DNA of 64,000 nt from Dicyema japonicum (taxonomy: Eukaryota; Animalia; Dicyemida). The stretch lies in contig RDEW01000048.1 of the NCBI GenBank assembly GCA_011109175.1, positions 271,445 through 335,444 of the forward strand, written 5' to 3'. A model generated the notes under the pieces. The model did no database searches, was not told the origin of the DNA, and saw only the letters and a program-made list of their open reading frames with translations. Below, piece after piece: positions 55,549-64,000 of the stretch (the stretch's first letter is position 1; every line of letters begins with the position of its first letter). A program made the translations under genes and the position numbers.

Positions 55549-56330
55549 TTCTTTATCCTTACTATATCCTCCCACTACAAATAGTCGTCCAAAGTATAAT
55601 GCACTACCAACATAACTACGTCTATTTGGAGTACATGTCAGGATTGACCAAACATTCTTTACTACGTCATACTTTTCTATTATATAAACACCCATCCATT
55701 CATTCTCCACCAAACATTCTCCCCCAACAGCCAACAACATATTCTCATACGATATTAGTACGTGTCCTATTCGACCCACCAACATATCACATTTCCTTAT
55801 CCATTCCTCTGATATTATGTCATATTCTATTGTCATCTCCAATGGCGGACCATTCTCATATTCTTGACCCCCTGATATGTAGATACCACCAAAGTGAAAT
55901 GCCATTCCATGATTCATTAAATTACATGGAAGAGGCTCTAATAATGACCATTTTGTATGTCCATTAATCATAATATTAGCACAATCCAACACTCTTGTCT
56001 TTTTTTCTCTCTCCTCAATCTCCCCACAAAGTAATAGTTCTGTAATACTATCAAAATCATCACTAATAGTTTGACATCCACCAGTCATCACAAATTTAGT
56101 ATCATCAATTGCAACAGCACATCCATATCTACCAGGACACACTGATATATCTGTCCTCCATAGATTATTACAGGGATTTACTATTCTTAAATATACTATG
56201 CTTGACGTTGATCTCCCAGATTTTGTCCGTCCTCCGATTATTAAAAGGGAGTTGTTTAAGTAATTTAATTCAAAATCTGTTAGATAATTCAAATGTTCGC
56301 AAATTCTCCATAATTTCCAACAAAGTGGAT
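55441..56330 (-). CDS. Kelch-repeat beta-propeller protein (upstream exons to about 56620 unresolved)
   Basis: Repeated GG..Y..W kelch units in ORF 55441-56292 (LLIIGG, FVMTGG, IYISGG, LLAVGG, LFVVGG). Confidence 0.85.
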
Positions 56331-56779
56331 ATAAATTAGGATTGAGTGAGTATATTATTGTTGGGTCACTCCCATCTATTTTATCATAACAAACTAACCT
56401 TTCCCAACATTAACTGATATTATAAGGTCTTGTCCACTATTCATTACTTAACACTTTTATACGTATTATATAGATTTGGATTTATATAATCGATTATTGA
56501 TTAAGGACATTATGCACTTGTTTTTCCTATCCAACATATAACTGCACTGGTCTCAGGAGGTCTCCCACTACAACATTCCTGAATACATCAAAAAGGATAG
56601 AATTATTAATTTATGAAAAGAGAAACAGTCCTGATTTCAGCAAGTCGATAGAATTATAAGTTGTACGCGTAGAACCTCATAAAAGTACGAGGGTCCTCCT
56701 TTGTCATTGATAAAACCAAGATGTGGTATGATCATTCTCACCAGTTGAGGTCAAAAATGCCATTAAATTCCAAAAACTA

Positions 56780-57400
56780 CTAGTCAAGTGGACAGATAAA
56801 ATTCCTATGATTGTTATAAAAAACTGGACTCAGGACACTCCCAGCACTAACACATATACAACATATCCATAAATAACAACACAATTACAAGTTGCCCCAC
56901 ATCCACCCATTACAGAATCCTGGAAAACCATAGGTTTTCATGAATGTTGAACACAAATTCAATGTCAACGTCCACGGAAAATTACTTTACTTGTCTGTTT
57001 ACGTCGAATAGAAGACTAAGTTATTCCGTCGAACTAATTTTTAATGGTTAACTAATCCCACACAAGCCTAGATTCTGCGAGTAACATTTGACACCCTTAT
57101 GACTACCAACACACATGTGTGTCAAACGTAATCAGTTCTTGGGGACGAAAGCTTAACTTCGTGAAGGTGCTCATCTCAAATTTTAAAGGATCCTTAAACC
57201 AGTCACTATCCACGTTTTACACTCAATTCATCGAGTCAACTATAAGTTATGGATGTGCAGCTTGGGAACAAAACTTGCCAGAACAACTCAAATCAATGAC
57301 TAACTCTTTGAGGTCCTTTTGAGTAAGTCGGCCGGAATATTTACTTAAAATGGAAAACCGCCAGAAGAACGGTCTTATCGAAAACATTTAGGTTTCCGAG
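56780..57400 (+). mobile_element. LINE RT remnant
   Basis: Degenerate RT segments plus FYTQFIESTISYGCAAW. Confidence 0.5.
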
Positions 57401-57989
57401 AGCAACACCGGGAAACGATAAGAGTGTTACTGAGAGAAGCCGGGATGATGGCCTTTTTTAATTAATTAGTATTTTATAAAGAACTTATTGATTAGTGGAG
57501 GTTACTCCTTATTTAATATAAGGTAGAAATATAATATGGTGGAGGATCAATGCTTCTGGATGAGATCAGAAATCCTTAACTCATACTACCAACTGCATGA
57601 GGCAGGACTAATGTTTGAAAGTACTTTAATATAAAGTTTTTTTGAATATTTTTTCAAATCTTGTTCTCCCTACCACTCCGTGGAGTTCCTTGGAGGTTAA
57701 TTCTCTCCCTTATTTTTTAATCTTAAGTGGCATGTCAAAACTCATGAAATATTGCTTCTTTACTGATGATCTTATCAATCATGCAAAGATAAAAGCATTT
57801 AAATAGCTTAATGTTCAAAATCACCTAAATCTGTATGATTCGTGCTATAATTAATGGTTGTACCCACTAACTTTAGTCTTAAACAGGGGAAACACAATTC
57901 TGTAGACTAGTAATGTTTTGATCAAGGTATTTGTTATTTCACATAATCTTCCTGTACTCTCTACATTATAGAGGTGAGGATTTTATGTT

Positions 57990-58540
57990 GTAATGTGAGA
58001 AAGAGAGGTTCTACGGCTGACTGATAAAATCGATCAACTTGGTTGTCGCAAAAAAAACGACGATAATCAAGAATAACTGTATCTCTGTTGTAACCACAAT
58101 CGTAAAAACGCAGTGACCAATAAAATTTGTAGTTTTTAATAAGGATTTTAAGCTCAACTGGAGCCTTTCGGACTGGATCGTGCAGATGGCAAAAAGCCAG
58201 ACGGTATGACGCTTTTCCCATATTCATACTTTTAGTCATTGGTCTGGTATGTAACCTGTGTGGATACTTTCTCCACTTCGCTCCTTCTGAGATCTGCTCA
58301 GAAACCTGGATCTGCGGCCAACACAGCAGATTGGCCAAAATCCAGAAGTACTTGGCCATTGGAGACCGATAACGATTCACACAGTGGCTATAGAACCTTC
58401 ACTGCGGCCTTTTTGAATGAAATAGGAAGGGAACTAGCAAGCCGAAAAAAAAGTACCCGCGAATTGTTCTGGCTAAGACAACGAATCTGGATTGCCGTAT
58501 TACGTGGATACGCACATGCAATCCTGTCTGTATAGGATTA
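57990..58540 (+). mobile_element. CRE-clade LINE RLE fragment
   Basis: DGKKPDGMTLFP, VWYVTCVDT, and LRQRIWIAVLRGYA. Confidence 0.8.
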
Positions 58541-58659
58541 ATTATCTAAATATTTTTTATTAATTATTAATAAATTTTTTTCACATTATTAATGATGCTT
58601 ACAAGAATGATTGACACTAAATTAAGTATTATACATCAATGGGAGTTACCTCTCATGAT

Positions 58660-58990
58660 CGATCACAAGTCCAATGTTCTAGAAGAGCCATCGCGTCATT
58701 CTAGGCTCACACTTTCGCAGCCCTGCAAGCCGCCCGATTAACCTGATAAACTCATACGTTTCAGGGCCAATAACGACAGACGTCTCAATGGAGATCGTCT
58801 GGAAAGTGAACCGGTCCACAATGCAGCGTTGCTTCCTCCTTTTCAAATATTCAGGAGTGTTCGCTGCGGAACTCCCACGCAACGATGACATGAGCAGATT
58901 CGCATTATTGAAAGTTTTCATGCACGTTGTCCCAACTATGGTTCTTTCAGAACATTGGACTCGTGATCATGAGGTAACTCCCATTGTTTG
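58660..58990 (-). mobile_element. CRE-clade LINE RLE fragment (tail-to-tail with the previous one)
   Basis: GSSAANTPEYLKRRK..FTFQTISIETS..GPET..FIRLIG. Confidence 0.7.
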
Positions 58991-59302
58991 CTCAATGCCT
59001 GCATGCCATAATGAAGACCTTGTCATAATAACTTTAATATATTTGCCATTTATGCATCAATTACGGGATATCAAGATAATGATTTCTTATCACTACTAAA
59101 TTGCGTTCTTATCGTAATAAATGTTGGATTATTATGGCATACACAAAGTTCCTAGTTTATAAGGAGGAAACAAATTTTCAATCAGTAGGGGGGAATTGAT
59201 TAAAGCATGATTGATTAAATCAATATGTAATTTAATAAGTTATTTATTATAATAAATAAATAAAATAATAATAAAATATAAATAATTGCAACAATTTATT
59301 CC

Positions 59303-60640
59303 ATGTTAGGCAAGAGTAATTATAGATCAATGATATCAACAAATAACACATTAAGAATGATACCAATGGATAGAGTAAAGACAGAAGTGAAAATGTCAGG
59401 AATGATGGTGTCGTGTAGTGTGGTGCATATACAGGAGAGGAAATAATAATGGAGATTGATGTAATAATGATAAAAAATATAGAAAAATGTAACAGGAAGA
59501 ATGTTATTGGAGATGTTTTGTAGTGATAATCGTATTAATGATATTGAATTCTTTTCTTTCTATAGAATGGTCAAATTATCAGAGAGAGTATGGATTGATG
59601 ATAGTAAAAGTGTATATAAACAAAACAAACGTATATATTATTATTATTATTATTATAGATGATAAACTATTTTTTGGGGTTAAATTCTACCCACCTGACC
59701 CAACTAAGGTCACTGATGACTTTACTAGATATATTCTATGTCTCCAAATACGCAAAGATTTCCTTTCTGCAAGGTATTCTTTATATATCACTACTGAATA
59801 TTGGCTTGTCTCAATGTCACTGTACAATTGGCTGCATATGCTGTACAGAGTGAGTATGGAGACTACAGGAATCCAGATAGTGTTGAATACAGGGACTGTC
59901 TTACTGCAAACTCTCTCACAGAGTCACCTTCTCTTGAGTATTTGGGAAGAATAGGCGAAATACACAAAACACTAAAGTAATATTAACTAACATTTCAGAG
60001 AATTATCTAATTCTGAGGCAGATTTAATGTTTTTGGACACTTCTAGGAAACTCCCTCGATATAGTTTTGACTTTTTCATTGGAGAAGTAACATTTAATAT
60101 AATCACAGACTAAACAAGGATCGGAGGTTACCATTGGAGTTGGTTGTACTGGCCTTTGTCTCTATTTGGCACAGGTCCGTATATATCGATTCACGTGGCT
60201 CAAAATTATTAAACTATCCTACAGAGGATATCATTTTACCATTAAATTCAGAGGAAATAACAATTCTGGCTATTCCTCACAGATTTACAGAATGAAGGAT
60301 AGGAATGAGGCTAAGAGACTTTGGGACAGGGCCATTGAATGTCACATGTTCTTCAGACTCAGTGTTGCACTCCCTGACAAAACTGCACTCAAATTTAATT
60401 CATCAATGAGAAGGTCTTTCAGGGATATGCTTACTGACAAACAAAACATTACTGTATCTATTACATCTTCTATTTAGGTCCCTGATGCTACAAGAAAACA
60501 GTCTTTCACGGAATATGACACCAACTATGATGTAATCTTTTACATTATTGCAGGCACTAAGGAAAGCTGTGTTAGAGGTTACTAGAGTCCCAGAATTTGT
60601 TATGGTGGATAAAATTAATATTAATAATCTTAGCTATTAA
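59303..60640 (+). CDS. Compact protein 4.1/Coracle-like FERM protein
   Basis: [71 protein letters not shown] and C-terminal [14 protein letters not shown]. Micro-introns and at least two 1-nt frameshifts. Confidence 0.85.
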
Positions 60641-60746
60641 TTCTCATTTTGTTATTTAATTGGCTTAATTCACATTATATTCCTTTTTATTGAATTGACG
60701 GGACTCACTGTTGTCCATGGAAAAAGTTCTGATGGCCGATGCAGTA

Positions 60747-60971
60747 CATTCAGGTTAAGGCTTCACGTATCTACGATTCTTTGGCTTGACAAGTGACGTT
60801 GTCATCAGTGAAAATTTCAACGCGAAACCGGATCGTCTATAAAGGACTCACAGACAACAACAACAAAAGAAGTAGAGAGCACTCCTTGGTTCTCCCTCTA
60901 CGATTAGTTATGATAGCTGTTCTTTGCTTAAAGTGTGTTTAATGCTTGAATGGAGCTGTAGCTAATATGAG
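60747..60971 (+). mobile_element. SINE copy 5, old and diverged
   Basis: CACGTATCTACGAT..GACAAGTGACGTTGTCATCAGTG..CTACGATTAGTT..CTGTTCTTT align to the younger copies. Confidence 0.7.
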
Positions 60972-61580
60972 TAAAGTGCAGTATTACTATTGAATGCTAT
61001 TAGTTTGGAAGGTAACATGATAATTAATTTCCGGAAAACATATTGTTGATTAGTTTCGGGAAATGGTTGTCCGCTGGTTTGGAAGAATTGAATGTTGCAC
61101 AATGAGGGTTGTGACATTTCAGATGCCTTCAATATACAGTTTTGATTTGTAAGAATGACAATACGGATTCCCCCTTCAGACAGTGGGACGTATCTAACCT
61201 CTTAATTATTGCGTGTAGATGTTTGCTTTTCAGTTTTATATGTGTGTTTTGGGGTCAACCATTAAAGTTTCAGAGGAAAACATGTTTTCTTTCGCTATGG
61301 ATGTGAGTGATTTTTCCCTAAGAGGTACTTGCTCAGAGTGATCTGAGGATGTCATATTTCCTGATAGAAGGCCTGATCGTCAATGCTACTGGTAATTTAT
61401 ACAATTCCCGTAGAAAGAAATGAACTCTTTATTTCATCTGTTTTAAATAACTTCTTTAGCATTCGGACATAAGAATTCGTTAACTTTTCCATACTGACAT
61501 TGGGGAGAACGATATCAAAATTAATTTTAATAATCCTTACAATATTTGTAAGTTTAACACAAATAGTCACAACTAATTAA

Positions 61581-61830
61581 TCAAAGGAAGGAACCCATGG
61601 AAGACTGTCTGGTTGTACCTACCAAATTCATCCTCCAATAGTCCATTACAGGTTTACACGATAGTGGACAAGTATGTCCGCTCTCTTCCATTTTCATCAC
61701 ACGTCCTACCGTCGCAGAAATCACTTCATTCTTATGTTGAATAGTATTCATTTGGTAATCTTCATTGAGTTGATTAGAAAAGAGGTTGTCCAAGAAGGCA
61801 AACAACGTTGAACAGTTCATGGTAGACAAT
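61581..61830 (-). mobile_element. Probable CRE-clade fragment
   Basis: LSCKPV.. followed by degenerate PDG/PW-like segments. Confidence 0.35.
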
Positions 61831-62204
61831 TCCTAATAAAAGTTATTTAAATATTAAATACAAAATTGTACATTTTCATGTTTTATATCTGTTTTAAGTT
61901 TTCCCTATAAAAAGTTTTATTTTATCCAACTTAACCATTACAAAAGGTGACAGGAATACTTTAGTCATAAATTCTCATATGCTTTTGTCTCCGAATATTG
62001 ATTTCATCAATTAAAACAGACTGCTTCAGTTATGATTGATTAATTTTTTGGAATAGATTCTCAATGTCGACAGTATTAGGGAGTCCAGTACACTTTATAA
62101 AATCTTTATTATTCAGTTTATGCTACAGAATGACAAAGACCTTAATACGTTATCCATGAGTCAGTAGATGAGTAAGAAATATTGTACAATTTGGACATCT
62201 TTGA

Positions 62205-62350
62205 AACATAAATAAAAATGTTGGTTTATATATTTGGATTTAATTCGATAAATAATATTTGGATAACATAAATAAAATGTTGGTTTATATATTTGGATTT
62301 AATTCGATAAAATGTTGGTTTATATATTTGGATGTAATTCGATAAATAAT
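62205..62350. repeat. Local tandem repeat, 3 copies
   Basis: AAAATGTTGGTTTATATATTTGGAT(T/G)TAATTCGATAAA occurs three times. Confidence 0.9.
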
Positions 62351-63186
62351 TGTATAAACTCCACATCACATTGTTAGTTACAATAATTTGAATATTTTCC
62401 CTCCTCACGACTGTCATGAAGGCTATCCAAGACCCCAAGTTTACTTGCTTTTGGAATCCGCCTCATTTGTAGAGGTGATGATAAGAAGCGAGATGACGTA
62501 ACGACCACGAATATGGAGCCAAGTGAGGTTTCTTGTTTGGGATTCAACGTGCATGGATAATTTCTCAAACACGAATCTGTTGGAGTCATCGTCGTTCGTG
62601 GGTTCCGCAGCGAATACTGTTGAAAATTCCAAAAGGAGAAAATACCGTAGTCTAAATTTTATAGTAATAAAAGTATAAAACCCAATATTTTTGTTGAGGC
62701 GGTGAACTAAGAAAATAAGAATTTTCTCTTATGATTCAATACAAATTTTTTCCTAAAAACGAAATTATGACTGTTCACAAAAAAAAATACTGGAGGATCA
62801 ATGATAAGATCTGCATAATGAAATTTTAATCGAATGATGGGAGCAATCTGTAACCTCAAAATACCATGAAGAGGTCTCTATTTTAGACAGAGTTGTCAAC
62901 TACCTTGGATTTCGTACCGTTTTCATAGTTGGAAATTGGAATTCGAAAGTGAGAAGACGATCCAAGGTGAAATTTTGAATAAGTCATGAAAATCCTTAGC
63001 ATAATTCTCTTTGATTAATCTATTTTTGTGTAGTATTGTTTTATCCACTTCATGACATATGGATGGACTTAATAATTTATCGGTGATTAAAGTGCTCACA
63101 AAATTGAAAACGTTTTTGTAAGAAAATTGTTTATATTAAATGATTATAATAATTATTTAATAAAAATTAGTAACCAAGGAATAGTA

Positions 63187-64000
63187 ATGTCTCAATGTAT
63201 TTGTGAAATTTGTACTTGTGGGTTAATAATATACAATTACTTGTAGTCGCCATGCATGTAAGCATGAACATAGAACTCCAAAGGGAGATATTGGTCATTC
63301 AATGTATACAGAAACATATAAAACCCCCAACTACAAAAGACAACCTGCTGCAAGCCACCACCAACAGTAAACGTATCCTCAGAACCTTTGGAATCAATGA
63401 CTACTCACAAGTATGTATAACTAAAAACCATAGAACTGACTATATAAAACATGCAATGAGTAGTAGACACGTGATTCCTAAGAAAGAGGGTGAATATGAG
63501 ATCCCAAGGCAACCATTCGAAAAGATGACGGGTTACCAACAGGACTATAGACGTATGATATGTGATTAATTGTAGGATTCCGTGGAGAAAAGACAAAGTC
63601 AATGAAACCGTTGAATATTTACAAAAGTGGTGGTGAGTTTAAGGGAACCTCAAATTATAAAAGTAATATGAATATGTCATATTAGATGATTATGTGCAGT
63701 GGAATATAGAAAAGAGGAAACCAATAGAAGATGCTTATTCGTGGAACAACCATCACCAACCATTTGAAAAATATACTACTCATCAATTGGATTATGTCTC
63801 CAAACCCATTTCTATTAGAGATAATTACAAACCATCTGCACATGCCTCCACATCCACTGATCCACTCAGCAGTAATACTGATTACAGGTATTCACTACAC
63901 ATTATTGAGGTCCAACTACACAAAACATCAAATTGCTCCCAAATTTATAAGACAATCTCATGAATATGTCCCCAATCCTACACCATTTGAAGGATTTACT
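63187..64000 (+). CDS. Stabilizer of axonemal microtubules (SAXO/FAM154-like), truncated by the window end
   Basis: MSQCICEICTCG|RHAC; repeated Mn-like motifs PLESMTTHKTDY, PFEKMTGYQQDY, FKGTSNYKNDY and PFEKYTTHQLDY. Intron 63222-63246 among others; one 1-nt frameshift. Confidence 0.88.

Noticed and set aside
55470-55967. 165-aa plus-strand ORF as a separate gene
   Set aside because: It is an antisense shadow of the kelch CDS with no recognisable motifs.
62205-62350. CRISPR-like array
   Set aside because: Eukaryotic context, three near-contiguous AT-rich copies, no unique regular spacers and no cas genes.

Overview
AT-rich eukaryotic (animal) nuclear DNA. Very compact genes with many 21-25 nt GT-AG micro-introns sit in small islands between blocks of decayed transposons. 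Introns this short are reported for dicyemid mesozoans, so a dicyemid-like parasite is my inference; I cannot confirm it. Host genes recovered by manual splicing are PACRG, a divergent eIF1/SUI1, Na+/K+-ATPase alpha, an SLC25A51-like mitochondrial carrier, a Cdc42/Rac-like GTPase, a miniature Dp71-like dystrophin, an SLC17-like fragment, PCBD, an HMG-box/C2H2/coiled-coil protein, an acid lipase overlapping a kelch gene, a miniature protein 4.1/Coracle and a SAXO/FAM154 gene that runs off the window end. Mobile DNA includes pogo/Tigger and Tc1 elements, a hAT/CGGBP-like remnant, Jockey/I-like, RTE, BovB-like RTE and CRE-clade LINE fragments, and a five-copy tRNA-derived SINE. The SINE shares its 3' stem-loop with a local RTE LINE. 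One LINE carries a virus-like 2A peptide. Single-base homopolymer indels break several conserved genes and probably reflect assembly error. All homology calls are from motif recognition, not database searches. TE boundaries without TIR/TSD evidence are approximate.
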